Of a stretch of 64,000 bases of DNA, positions 17,447 through 27,516 are shown in pieces. Below the pieces are notes generated by a model that made no database searches, was not told where the DNA came from, and was given only the letters and a program-made list of their open reading frames with translations. The position numbers and the translations under genes were made by a program. This stretch comes from Bryobacterales bacterium (lineage in GTDB: Bacteria > Acidobacteriota > Terriglobia > Bryobacterales > Bryobacteraceae): the NCBI GenBank assembly GCA_027459465.1, contig DAIDIH010000410.1, positions 21,192-85,191 on the forward strand, read 5' to 3'. The number at the start of each line of letters is the position of its first letter. Position 1 is the first letter of the stretch.

Positions 17447-18355
17447 ATGGCTGCATTGGCCATCCCCATCGAGGGACAGGAGCAGAGCCTGTCGCAAAGT
17501 ACCGTAATTCTACAAGTCAAGTTTGGCTTACTCGGAGATTCCCGAAAGGTTTCCAGTTCGCAAGTTGAAGTCGATACCGACAAGCAGCTACTGCGGGTCG
17601 CCAAGAAAATCCTGGTGTCGGCCGAATTCGAGGCGATCCGTCAGGTGGACCGGAGGGTAAAGAAGTACCTGGACAGTGTCTGTGTGCCTTTTGAGACAGG
17701 CACACGGTTCCTGGCGGTCCCGCTGATCGAGGACGTTGACCACAAGCTCCACGATTTTGAACGGGAACGCGCCGCTTGGGTTGATCGCTTCCTGGACTCG
17801 TATCCGACGCTGTGCGAGAGCATGAGCGAACGGTTGCGGGTCCTGCACAATCCGACCGATTATCCCCCGCTCGACATGGTCAAGGCGCGATTTTACTTCA
17901 CTTGGCGCTACGTCGCCTACGGAGTGCCGGGACAGCTGAAGACGATTTCGGGCCGCATCTGGCAGGAGGAGCGCGACAAAGCCGCTCAACGGTTCGCCGA
18001 GGCGCAGACCGAAGCACAGGTTCTGCTGCGGGAATCCATGTTGGAACTGGTCAACCACATGATGGAGCGACTGGAAGCTTCTGAGAATGGAAAACCAAAG
18101 GTCTTCAAGAAGTCCACGGTCGCGAATCTATGCGACTTTCTGGCGACGTTCGACTTCCGCAATATCGCGAATGACAGTGAGCTGAAGGAACAGGTGGACA
18201 AGGCGCGGGTGCTTCTTGCCGGCGTGACAGCCGAAGAAATCCGGACTACGGCGGACCTGCGTTCCCGGGTCAAGGCCGGCATGTCAGAGATCGCCGGCAA
18301 GCTGGATGCGATGGTGATCTCGATGCCACGCCGCAAGTTTCGGCCGGAGGACTGA
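17447..18355 (+). CDS. Hypothetical protein, possibly the DUF3150 family seen near PRTRC cassettes
   Basis: 302 aa with AGGAGA upstream. The family assignment is recollection only. Confidence 0.45.
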   Translation: MAALAIPIEGQEQSLSQSTVILQVKFGLLGDSRKVSSSQVEVDTDKQLLRVAKKILVSAEFEAIRQVDRRVKKYLDSVCVPFETGTRFLAVPLIEDVDHKLHDFERERAAWVDRFLDSYPTLCESMSERLRVLHNPTDYPPLDMVKARFYFTWRYVAYGVPGQLKTISGRIWQEERDKAAQRFAEAQTEAQVLLRESMLELVNHMMERLEASENGKPKVFKKSTVANLCDFLATFDFRNIANDSELKEQVDKARVLLAGVTAEEIRTTADLRSRVKAGMSEIAGKLDAMVISMPRRKFRPED

Positions 18356-18428
18356 AGGCTCTCAAGGGAGCCTTCACGCCACGCCAATCATTCAGTTTTA
18401 AATCACAGCAATTAGGAATAGCAGACAT

Positions 18429-18959
18429 ATGGGCTACTCGGTGTACTACAACGGCGAGATCGACATCTCCCCGCAATTGGGCGAGGAGCATGAAATGGTC
18501 CTGGACGATGCTCTCAGAAACGGGAAGTTCGCAGCGCTCGGGATCACCGATGATGATCGGCAAGGCCTCTATCACGGGTGCGATTGGGAAGTCCGCGATG
18601 GTTGCTTAGGCATTGAGGGCGAGTCGCGGGGCGAACAGGACGAGTGGTTGCGGCTCCTGATCAGCAGATTCCTGCAGCCGAACGGCTATACGCTATCTGG
18701 CGAAGTGAGCTGGGACGGCGATGAATCCGGAGATACTGGCGTCATCTACGTCAGTGAGAATCGCGTCGAGGCGGTGAGCGACACGATCACGAACGCGGGA
18801 CCGAGCTGGTGCCCGCATCTCCCCGAATCACAAACTCTGGAACTGGTACGTGCGGGACGGGGCGTGGTGGCGTCGTGGGAAAGCGGCGACCTCGCAGGGC
18901 AAGTCCGGCGGCTGGCCGTTGCACTCGATGAGTTCGTGGACATACCCAGACAAAGCTGA
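18429..18959 (+). CDS. Hypothetical acidic protein
   Basis: Track ORF MGYSVYYNGEIDISPQLGEEHE... Confidence 0.45.
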   Translation: MGYSVYYNGEIDISPQLGEEHEMVLDDALRNGKFAALGITDDDRQGLYHGCDWEVRDGCLGIEGESRGEQDEWLRLLISRFLQPNGYTLSGEVSWDGDESGDTGVIYVSENRVEAVSDTITNAGPSWCPHLPESQTLELVRAGRGVVASWESGDLAGQVRRLAVALDEFVDIPRQS

Positions 18960-18979
18960 AGCATAGATCCGCACCGCTA

Positions 18980-20122
18980 GTGAGCTGTCTCAGTCATTGT
19001 GTGAGCTGTCTCAGTCATTGTGTTACTTTGATCCGTCGCCTCGGGTCGGTGTAGGTCCAGCGGAACGGCTTCGCTGACTTGCAATAGGCTTGAATGTATT
19101 TTCGGATCTTCCGAGATAGGTCGGCGACGGAGGTGAAAACGCCTCGGTCGATTACATCTCGCTGAATCTTGGCAAACCACAGCTCTACTTGGTTGAGCCA
19201 GGAGGAGTACGTTGGGGTGAAGTGAAACCGTACCTTAGGAGTTTCATCCAGAAACTCCTGAACGGCCGCTGTCTTGTGAGCCGACAGGTTGTCCAGTACG
19301 ATGTGAATCTCTCTGGCCCATCGGGTTTTACCCACCACGTCGCGCAGGAAGGCGATGAAGTCAGCACTGGTGTGCCGCGCTGTTGTCTTACCTTCGACTT
19401 TTCCCGTTTTTACGTCCAGAGCGGCATACAGCGAGAGCGTGCCGTGACGGTAGTACTCAAATCCATGGCGCTCGGCCCGGCCCGGCGAAAGCGGCAGCAC
19501 AGGATCCAACCGATCGAGCGCCTGAACCGCCGTCTTCTCGTCGACACAGAATACCGCCGCATGCTGCGGCGGCTTTAAATACAACGCAATGATGTCGGCC
19601 GCTTTCTGTTCGAAGGCCGGATCGTTGCTCATCATATAGCGATCCAGCCGATGTGGTTTCAATCTCGCCTGCGCCAGGATCCGCTGTACCGTCGCATGAC
19701 TCAAGTTCAGGTCAGCAGCAAGCTTCCGGCACGACCAGTGCGTGCTGCCGTCCGGCGGTTTGTGTTGGACTCTACGCGCGACACGCGCCTGCACGGCCGG
19801 AGTTGCCGCGCGCGGTTGACTACCTTTATGTCGTGGCTCCAGACCGTCTATACCGGCTTCCTGAAATCGAGCCTTCCATCGAGCAATCGTCGGCTTGGTG
19901 GTCCGCAGTGTCGCCACAATCTGCTCGTAAGTCATCCCCTCCGCAAGCGACAGGATGAGCTTTGCACGAAAGACATCCCCCGCGGGCAACGTGCGCGAAT
20001 GCGCCCATTTGGTCAGTTCCTCGCGTTGACTCTCCGTCAGTTCCAGCAAACCTCCATATCGTGTCACAACAGGGAGACGCTGGTACGCGATACACGGTTA
20101 CTGAATGACTGAGACACGCCAC
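18980..20122 (-). mobile_element. IS630-family insertion sequence, flanked by a TA duplication; left terminal repeat present as a 21-bp tandem duplication
   Basis: Ends GTGAGCTGTCTCAGTCATT (18980-) and reverse complement GTGGCGTGTCTCAGTCATT (-20122). TA at 18978-79 and 20123-24. gtgagctgtctcagtcattgt occurs twice (18980-19000, 19001-19021). Confidence 0.85.
19015..20067 (-). CDS. IS630-family transposase
   Basis: HTH N-terminus, VFCVDEKTAVQALDR, IHIVLDNLSAHKT, TPTYSSWLNQVELWF. The stop lies inside the terminal repeat. Confidence 0.9.
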   Translation of the reverse strand: MTRYGGLLELTESQREELTKWAHSRTLPAGDVFRAKLILSLAEGMTYEQIVATLRTTKPTIARWKARFQEAGIDGLEPRHKGSQPRAATPAVQARVARRVQHKPPDGSTHWSCRKLAADLNLSHATVQRILAQARLKPHRLDRYMMSNDPAFEQKAADIIALYLKPPQHAAVFCVDEKTAVQALDRLDPVLPLSPGRAERHGFEYYRHGTLSLYAALDVKTGKVEGKTTARHTSADFIAFLRDVVGKTRWAREIHIVLDNLSAHKTAAVQEFLDETPKVRFHFTPTYSSWLNQVELWFAKIQRDVIDRGVFTSVADLSRKIRKYIQAYCKSAKPFRWTYTDPRRRIKVTQ

Positions 20123-20263
20123 TAGTGGCATCGTGGTATGCCGGATCGGTGCCGTGTGCGCTTCAGCAGTCGGAAATCCAGACTTCACGGGGCAACGCAC
20201 CCGCGCCCGGATCGGACACCAAGCGCGAGCTAGGCTGCGCCGGCAAGGAAGGAGAACATTCAC

Positions 20264-20554
20264 ATGGTATGCGATTTTTGCAGTGCGCCGGGACCGTCCT
20301 GGAGATTTGAGGCGCAACCGTTCGCAACGGTGTGTGGCAGTATTGTAGCTACCAGCGATAGCGGCTGGGCAGCTTGCGACGCCTGCTGCGCCCTGATCGT
20401 GGCGAAGGACCACATAGCTCTCCTGGAGCGCGGCGCACAACTGATCCCGGATATTCCCGAGTTGCGCGAGTGGGTCCGGATAGCCCATCAGTCGTTCTTC
20501 GAACATCAATTGAATTCTCCACCGGCGCGCATCGAGAGTCGAGTATCGGCCTGA
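20264..20554 (+). CDS. Hypothetical Cys-rich protein (CxxC ... CxxCC, zinc-ribbon-like)
   Basis: MVCDFCSAPG...WAACDACCALI. RBS AGGAAGGAGA. Confidence 0.45.
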   Translation: MVCDFCSAPGPSWRFEAQPFATVCGSIVATSDSGWAACDACCALIVAKDHIALLERGAQLIPDIPELREWVRIAHQSFFEHQLNSPPARIESRVSA

Positions 20555-20592
20555 GCCCAGCGGCAGCCCTGAAGAGCGAACCATTTCCAAGA

Positions 20593-20904
20593 ATGTCACG
20601 TGCGCAAGGTGAAATCCATCTCATGGTGGGAAACGCAGTGAGTTACTTTGATTTCGAATTAATACCGGAGATGGCTGCTTCACTGGTTCATACCCTCAAC
20701 CGAGCGTGCGAGGGCGCCAGGAAATTGGACAAACGCTCCGGATTCGGAAGGTACCTTGATCCTTTGGGCACGGGATGCACGGAGTGCCGGGAACACCTGC
20801 TGAATGCGTTGTTCGACCTTGTCTTTGCCCGAAACGGCGTGGGGACGGCCGTGTGCAACCCGGCATCGTCTTCTGTGGCGGAAAACGCAAAGCCGCGGAC
20901 GTAA
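20593..20904 (+). CDS. Hypothetical protein, start uncertain
   Basis: Internal ATG of track ORF 20374..20904; the upstream part overlaps the previous gene. Confidence 0.3.
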   Translation: MSRAQGEIHLMVGNAVSYFDFELIPEMAASLVHTLNRACEGARKLDKRSGFGRYLDPLGTGCTECREHLLNALFDLVFARNGVGTAVCNPASSSVAENAKPRT

Positions 20905-21188
20905 CGGTTCCGGGACAAGAGGCTGGCGTTGCGTCAATGTGGGTTGCTCGCGAAGCTTTGTCATTGGACCGAAGCTTCCGGGGTGGAATTAACCATCCTA
21001 TCCAATCGAAGAAGCCGGAGTTTCACCGGCTGGTATTCCTCGCGGGCAAGACGATTCGCTAGGCATGCGACGCGCTTGCGATCTCAATGAGCGCCGGCGA
21101 TAACTGGTATCGAAAGATGGCTGCGGTCAGGAAGTCGGCCGGACACAAATGTCCAGTGATGTGATTGAGCGGCGCCTGCGCGGCATCG

Positions 21189-21695
21189 CTACAGAGTCGC
21201 GATCCACGAGAGCACGAAATTGTAGACGCCGTGCATGAGGGCGGCGGCAGCGGCCGACTCAGAACGCACACGCAGCCACCCGAACGCCGCGCCGGTCAGG
21301 AAGGTGGTGAAGAGGCTGAGTCCAGTGCGTCCGACGTGGGAAAGGGCAAAGACGAATGCGATAACCAGAACTGTGGCGGGGCAGGTGTACCGCTGGAACG
21401 CTCGCACCCGGCTCAGGATCTGAAACAAGAGCCAGAAGAAAAGGCCGCGAAAGAGCAGTTCCTCCAGCATGGCTCCAGAGGAGGTAGCCAGCAGGACTGT
21501 ATATGGAGGTGGAACGGCGCCCAGCGACTGGTGAAACAGTCTGGTGATCGACCAGACGGCGACAGCGGCAGCGATGCCCGCGACGAAACTGTAAAGCCAG
21601 AAGCCTTGACGTGGCGACACCCAGCCCACACGCCGTAGCCATTTCGTTTTGCCGAAGGCAGAATGGCCTAACACCAACAAAAGCAATGTGAGCAA
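21189..21695 (-). CDS. CPBP-family (CAAX/Abi) intramembrane protease; probably longer, to 21876, with a frameshift
   Basis: MLEELLFRGLFF, FALSH, HGVYN motifs. A TTG at 21876 overlaps the upstream stop (TTGA) and opens a frame encoding a further TM segment (DLGIGLLLLLTWQVTSIAV) that leaves the main frame near 21700-21725. Confidence 0.65.
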   Translation of the reverse strand: MLTLLLLVLGHSAFGKTKWLRRVGWVSPRQGFWLYSFVAGIAAAVAVWSITRLFHQSLGAVPPPYTVLLATSSGAMLEELLFRGLFFWLLFQILSRVRAFQRYTCPATVLVIAFVFALSHVGRTGLSLFTTFLTGAAFGWLRVRSESAAAAALMHGVYNFVLSWIATL

Positions 21696-21872
21696 GGTGG
21701 CGAGCGCCAGGCTGCTTGGGCTTCACCGCGATCGATGTGACCTGCCATGTGAGTAGCAATAAGAGACCAATGCCGAGATCGGAATTGGCCGGAGCTCCGT
21801 CTCTGACGAGTGCGGCGAAGCGAGCAAACAACTTCCTGATCTTGAAATTGAGAGCCCGGGCGCTGAGATTAC

Positions 21873-22667
21873 TCAAATCAGGGTCTCCCCGCAGACGGAT
21901 CGGAAACCGCAGGAGTGGCATCGTCCGGCCTGGCTGTGGCTGATATGGCATTCAACGCCCTGCCTGGCGACGCGAATCTCGTCCATTATCCCGAGCAGCC
22001 GAGCACGAAGATCTGGCGTGTATTGGACTGGAAGGGTGCGGTCCTCATACCGTACTAAGCCGTAGGGGACGGGAACCCGATAGAGGTCTTCTACCAGAAG
22101 ACAGTATCCCGCCACTTGAAACAGGTGACCGTCATAGGGGCGCCCCGAATCTGGAGAACGTCCGGACTTCACCTCGACCGGAACCAGTCCGTTTTCGATG
22201 CGAACCAGGTAGTCCGGTTTTCCGGTAAGGCGGTAGCGCCTGGATGTGAGCGGCGCAGATTGGGGGAAGGAGCGGCCCACGTCCGCGTACAGAATTTCGC
22301 GGCTCGGGAGCCCGCTGCGAAGGAACAGTCTCCACCCGAAGAGCCATGCCAAAATTGCGGCGATCAGGCCAATCAGAAGAAACATAACAGCGGCTGCTTT
22401 TCAGTGGGCATGTGTCCAGAACCAATACGCGGCGGCAAGCACCAGGACGAAGATCAGCGTATAGGTCGCGGCGGGTATCAGGCGTTGACAAAAATCAACG
22501 AGACGGCCATGCCGCTGGTGGCGCGCAATCCCGGCGCGCCTTCTGTCAATCTGCACTTGGCTTGGCCGAACTCCTTGTGCAGTCAGGAACCAACTTCTGT
22601 GGCAAAACACATAATCGCTGATCTCAGAAACGCGGATCAGATTGTGGCGGCGCATTGCTAACCTCAT
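21873..22667 (-). pseudogene. Cas4-like PD-(D/E)xK nuclease with an internal two-TM hairpin, interrupted by an in-frame TGA
   Basis: N-terminal part ISDYVFCHRSWFL plus a TM; TGA at 22401-22403; 5 codons later MFLLIGLIAAILAWLF (TM), GKPDYLV, VPVEVKSG, FQVAGYCLL, CHSCGFRSVC. Both ORFs are in the same frame. Confidence 0.6.
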
Positions 22668-23140
22668 TGTGCAAGCTCGACATGGCCAAAAGCGGCCAGA
22701 TAGCGCGGGGTCGCGACGGAAACTGAAGGATTGTCTATTGTGCCGCGATAGCGCTGGCGAAGGCCAACGCGGCTCGACGTACGGTTCTGGTCCTCGAGAT
22801 GAAACAGATGCCCGGAAACTATCACTGGCGCATTTCCATTTACCCTGGTCAACCCTCGCGCCGGCGGAGAGTTCAGCGGATTCAGCGTTCGATCGTCATC
22901 AGTGCCCGAGCGGTAGTGGGGAGCTGTTGAGAGTTCAACCGCCTGTGCCAAGCCCTTACAATCCGGGAAGAACGAAAGGATCGCCCATTGTCCTTCGACA
23001 TGGAAGCGGACTGTTCCGCGCCAACTGTCGAAGCGTCCGGAGGTGCCCATCAGGGCGACAATCTGGTCTTCCCAGACGAGAGGATTGGGAGGCTTTGTCT
23101 GCGCGCGGATCACGGGATTCGGCTCGTTTATTATCCGCAT
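22664..23140 (-). CDS. Hypothetical protein
   Basis: Start taken at MRIINEPNPV. The upstream part of the track ORF is Arg-rich and looks out of frame. The stop overlaps the Cas4-like start. Confidence 0.4.
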   Translation of the reverse strand: MRIINEPNPVIRAQTKPPNPLVWEDQIVALMGTSGRFDSWRGTVRFHVEGQWAILSFFPDCKGLAQAVELSTAPHYRSGTDDDRTLNPLNSPPARGLTRVNGNAPVIVSGHLFHLEDQNRTSSRVGLRQRYRGTIDNPSVSVATPRYLAAFGHVELAQ

Positions 23141-23451
23141 CTTCTCTTTGCGAAAGCTTTCGATAATTTCGCAAAAGCGTTGTTTTTGTTGGCGACGTCC
23201 GAGATTGTCGGTGCCGGAGGGACGCTCGCAGGGCTGATGGCGGGCGAAGCCGAAGAGGAGATGGCGCCGGGGTCGAAGGTGATGCGCTGAATGTTGCCTA
23301 TCGAGACGGTCTCTACCCAATCCGCCGATAGAAAGCAGATCGCCGTGGTCGTTCCGCCGAGGTAAGTCCCGGATATCACACGACCGTCTTTCAGAGTCAG
23401 TGTATCCCCCAGGGCGAGAGCAGAAATCAGGAACACGGTCCACCGCAACAT
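23131..23451 (-). CDS. Small secreted protein
   Basis: MLRWTVFLISALALG signal peptide. Overlaps the next gene by 10 nt. Confidence 0.45.
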   Translation of the reverse strand: MLRWTVFLISALALGDTLTLKDGRVISGTYLGGTTTAICFLSADWVETVSIGNIQRITFDPGAISSSASPAISPASVPPAPTISDVANKNNAFAKLSKAFAKRRCG

Positions 23452-23919
23452 GACCAGGATCCGGCCTCATTTTAACCCGAATCGCCAAAACCGGCGTTTT
23501 CGCCAAAGTGTACGAAGGGCAAGCGGCTGACAGAAAGCCCTCTGCGCTTACCACCGGCGTGTGTGTTGCGACAAACCCAGTACTTTGCCTCTTTAGCCCT
23601 TATCCTTGCTATTGGCGTCGTCGCAATGTATTGATTTGGCCGCTTTAGCGGCTGGCTGCATTTTGGTGAATCAGCCATAAGGCTACCGGGAGTGCAGCCC
23701 GGCCCCATAACCCTGCCTGAAATTCATCGAGTTCGCTGGTCATCGGCGCGTCACGGCCTCGCCTAGTACAAACGAGTACAAACAAAATCGACGTCAGCTG
23801 GATGATCCGGTTCTTGCGGACATTCGGACTGGCCAAGTCCGTGCGTGTAATCAGGCTATATATTATCGTTTCCTCAAAGCCGCGAAATCCCCTCAGCCCT
23901 TCCGCGACGTATACACGAT

Positions 23920-24809
23920 CTAACGGTGTGACTGCGGCGCATTTGGCCAAGACGGACTTGTTGTCAATTCAATCCTCCACAGAGGGCCATTAGGAAACAG
24001 GCTTTGCTCCGCTTTGACGAAGGCGGGAGTCCCGCTGGAGACAATCCAGACCTTAGTATTGGGAGGCTCTTTGCCAATCAGTGGCGCAATGACGCCGGTA
24101 AGGCCACCCAGTTCGACCTTCAGGACGAAAAGCGTCGCTTTGTAACGGGCGCCAACCACGGAAAATCTATCCTCGCCGCGGACTACGATCGCGAGTTTCA
24201 CCAGCCGGGGCTTTGGCGTAGCCGCCACATAAGACACCTTCGTCTCCGCGGCATCGTCCGGATGTTCTTGAGGATATTCAGAATGATTCCGTTTGCCAGA
24301 TCCGGCGGAAGGTTCATGTGTTCATCCTCGACCTTTTCTTTACCCTCATCTGGATACCGGACGATTACTCGCCCGGTAGAGGCATTGATCGAGACATCCG
24401 TCGGGTTAGGAAATGATGGGCCCTTCTGAATGTGGTGGTCGGTAATGAGCCGAAAATCATGCAGTTGGGAAAAAACAGCGGTTTCATCGTCGACGGAGCC
24501 GTCCTTGAAGTGGAAAACGAGACGCGACACCACCCGATTTCCCCGGACGGCCTGTGTAAGATCGCCCGCCGCAAGAATCTTGCCCTCCAGCGTTCGTAGC
24601 GCGAGAAAACCATGGACCGATCCCTCCTGATAGCGCACGGGTATGGATTCGGCAGACAAGTGGCCGGGCTGAAGCAGAACGACCGCAAGCAGGCTCATAA
24701 CACTTGGTACCACAGCGCTACCGGTTCGGGGTCCCATTGACATCTTCGAACAGACTATTGATTCATGGTCTCTGAGGTTCGGCCTGTTTAGCCAGCTTGG
24801 CTGTGACAT
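23920..24809 (-). pseudogene. Secreted hypothetical protein, apparently frameshifted near 24240-24255
   Basis: ORF 24198..24809 (..GIILNILKNI) turns Arg-rich junk where ORF 23920..24237 (..PDDAAETKVSYVAATPKPRLVKLAIVV..) opens in the adjacent frame. Confidence 0.45.
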
Positions 24810-24819
24810 CGAAGGTTGC

Positions 24820-25113
24820 CTAACGGTCGTTGTTGGGATCGAAAATGAACGAACCGAGCACGTGGGGCGCGCACTGGCGAAAGCCCGGCAGCCGGTCTCT
24901 TAGTTCCGGTCCGGAGCTTTCGAAGTCCTTGAAGACGGATTTCAAGCCCTGTAGAGTAAGCAGATCCGGATCGAAGCGCACCAGAGTTTCATGGCTCATT
25001 AAAAGATCGTCATAGCAAGCCGGCGTGGCAGTCGCGATCACGTAGAGCCAGCCCGATGTGATAACGCCTCTTCCCAAGGAGACACCGCTCGGCTTTACCA
25101 GATGAACGGGCAT
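24820..25113 (-). CDS. Hypothetical protein
   Basis: Track ORF only. Confidence 0.3.
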   Translation of the reverse strand: MPVHLVKPSGVSLGRGVITSGWLYVIATATPACYDDLLMSHETLVRFDPDLLTLQGLKSVFKDFESSGPELRDRLPGFRQCAPHVLGSFIFDPNNDR

Positions 25114-25261
25114 TCGAACCGCCCGCCTTTCCCCTCACGCCCCAATTTTAGAATCCGGGCTAGGAGGTCGGCAAGGCGGGCGAGTATATTTCCGGACGCC
25201 AATTGCATCTACCCGATGTATTCCGGAAGACCGCCACGCGTTCCTGTTTAATACTGGAATT

Positions 25262-26191
25262 ATGTCCGAGTTTTGGAGCCTGCGAGGACTTTCGTGGCGG
25301 GAGTTGGCCAAGCGGACATGTCGCAAAAGTTGGCAGGACGAGGTCTTCGGGCAATCGGCCAGGCTTGCGTTTTATTTTTTCTTCGCAATCTTTCCTGCCT
25401 TTCTGCTGCTGCTGATTCTACTCGCCAGGTTTGCCGGTGCCGGATCTGACTTGTTTGGTGCCCTGCTCGATTCCTTTAACCAGGTTCTTCCTCCGGATGC
25501 GGCGGCGCTTATTGCGAGTACCACACGGCAGCTAAGCGGAAGTGCCATCCCCGGTGCTGGAGCCGTCGTGGCAGCCCTCGGTGCGGCTTGGGCAGCTCTG
25601 AACGGAACCTGGGCTATCATGGCCGGACTGAACAAGGCCTATGAAGTCGAAGAAGGACGGCCGTGGTGGCGTGTTTTGTCTATCACTTTCGGCCTGACCA
25701 TATCTCTGAGCGTTCTGGGGCTCATCGGGCTCGCAGGCATCCTCTACGGCCATCGAACCGAGAACTTGATCGGCCAGTATATGGGGGCACCTGGTCCCTT
25801 TGGATTCCTGTGGCGCCTTTTGCATTGGGGGTAATCGTGATTCTATTGGTATTATCCTTCGCCGTGCTCTATCGCTTCGGACCGAACTTAATTAAGAGAT
25901 CGGCGATGGCAATGGAGTACCCCTGGCGCGGTTGTCGCAGTTACGCTGTGGGTTGCATCCATACTGCTGCTTCGGGTCTACCAGCAACATTTCAGTTCAT
26001 CCCAGAGGATCTACGGCAGACTGAATCCAGTAGCGACGCTTCTGCTGTGGCTCTATCTCACAGGCGCGGCTATCTTCATCGGCGGTGAGGTCAACTCCGA
26101 AATTGAGAAAGCCGCGGCGGAAGCCCGTCACGTGGACGCGAGGGAGGCTGGCGAGCGGCGAAGCGGCGGCGAGGGCGGCTCCGACTCGTAG
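25262..26191 (+). pseudogene. YihY/BrkB-family membrane protein carrying two compensating frameshifts
   Basis: Frame A reads to TAA at 25832. Frame B carries GVIVILLVLSFAVLYRFGPNL. The reading returns to frame A at 25907 (WQWSTPGAVVAVTLWVAS...YGRLNPVATLLLWLYLTGAAIFIGGEVNSEIE) and stops at TAG 26189-26191. Confidence 0.7.
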
Positions 26192-26487
26192 GCATTGAGG
26201 TCGAGATTCCTGACGCCCTGAGGCCCCGCATCCTCGGAATGGTCCAACCTCCCGACTCCCTAGAAAATCCCCGGAGCGATCTCCGCAAGTTATTGAAAAT
26301 GCGTCCGAGGGATTTTCATCCTCCGTTGCGCGCCGCGGCGCATGTCTACGCGTCTCCACAGGGGCGCCTGACACCACAATGCCCTCCCTAAGATTGCTGT
26401 TGCAAGTTTATGGGTCAGACCACCGCCACCACCGCCGCGGCGGTGTCTGTGTGTGTGATCATCACCACCAAACCAGGAAGCCTCGTC

Positions 26488-27516
26488 ATGGCTCGAAATT
26501 ATGCAAAACTGCGCATGAATTTCTATCCGCTGCCCGATGCCGTTGCTGAGCACATCGGACAACACCTTTCTTTTCAACACGGCTGCTCCATCCTCGATCC
26601 CTGTGCCGGAGAGGGCAAAGCGGTCATGGCAATGACCCGACACGCCCCCGCGGGCCGCAGGTACGGAATCGAACTTGATGCCTATCGCGCCGAAGAAGCT
26701 GGCAAGGTGCTCGACGTCGTCGTCCAGGGCGACGCGCTCAATACCCGCAGCAGGGTGGAGTCGTTCGGTATGGCATTTTGCAATCCGCCATTCGACTTCG
26801 AACAGGGCGAGCAGGGCGGCAATCAACGCATGGAGAAGCTCTTCGCCGCGCATATCTCACGCTGGCTCGTTCCAGAAGGCATTCTCGTGCTGGTGATCCC
26901 GAGTGATCGTCTGGCGGACTGCGCCCGAACTCTCGCTTATCACTTCGCTGATCTGCACGTCTACCGGCTGGAAGCGCCGGAGTGTGAGCGGTACCGGCAA
27001 ATTGTGGTGTTCGCCAAGGCGAAGACGAGACGCGAGCGAGAGAAAACCCGCGACCAGGTGATCACGCAGACCGAGGTTTATCTGAGCGGCCTGATGCGTG
27101 ATCCACTCCGCGTTACATCGCTGTCCGAGGCCGATGTGACATACGTTGTGCCAGCGTCCGGTCCGGCAGAACTGGTTTACAGCGGCCTGCCGCTCGATAC
27201 GATCGAGGACCTGCTGCCAAGCTCACCGGCTTACCGTCAGCTCGCCCCGGTGCTGAATCCCGAGCCGCCCAGACTCAGCACGCGTCCCCTTACGCCTCTG
27301 CATAAGGGACATTTGGGCCTCCTGGCTGTGGCGGGAGCGATCAATTCCACAGTGGGCACAGGCGAACGGCTACACCTCGCGGCCTGGCAGACGAAGAAGA
27401 AGATTACGAAATGGGAAGAGGAGGAGGGCGATAAGACCGTGATCCACGAGCGCGAGCAGTTTGTTCACGAGCTCGCGGTCGCGTTTCCCGATGGCCGTAC
27501 CGCCATACTGGAATGA
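26488..27516 (+). CDS. SAM-dependent N6-adenine (gamma-class) DNA methyltransferase
   Basis: Motif I ILDPCAGEG precedes motif IV FCNPPF. Start taken at MARNYAKL. Confidence 0.7.
   Translation: MARNYAKLRMNFYPLPDAVAEHIGQHLSFQHGCSILDPCAGEGKAVMAMTRHAPAGRRYGIELDAYRAEEAGKVLDVVVQGDALNTRSRVESFGMAFCNPPFDFEQGEQGGNQRMEKLFAAHISRWLVPEGILVLVIPSDRLADCARTLAYHFADLHVYRLEAPECERYRQIVVFAKAKTRREREKTRDQVITQTEVYLSGLMRDPLRVTSLSEADVTYVVPASGPAELVYSGLPLDTIEDLLPSSPAYRQLAPVLNPEPPRLSTRPLTPLHKGHLGLLAVAGAINSTVGTGERLHLAAWQTKKKITKWEEEEGDKTVIHEREQFVHELAVAFPDGRTAILE

Noticed and set aside
18354-18375. A hairpin (GAAGGCT-8 nt-AGCCTTC) after the 17447..18355 gene, considered as an intrinsic terminator
   Set aside because: No U-tract follows and the stem is only 7 bp. 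It may still be a weak structure, but the evidence is too thin to call.
18980-19021. A 21-bp tandem repeat, considered as a mini CRISPR or other array
   Set aside because: There are only two abutting copies with no spacer, and the sequence is the IS630 terminal inverted repeat.
22401-22403. The in-frame TGA as selenocysteine or programmed read-through
   Set aside because: I saw no SECIS-like hairpin immediately downstream, and the position lies in a loop between hydrophobic helices, not at a redox site. A nonsense mutation or a sequencing error is more parsimonious.
21873-22667. Cas4-like genes (here and at 50601-51386) as a sign of a CRISPR-Cas locus
   Set aside because: There are no cas1, cas2 or effector genes and no repeat-spacer array anywhere in the window. 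These are solo PD-(D/E)xK nucleases.
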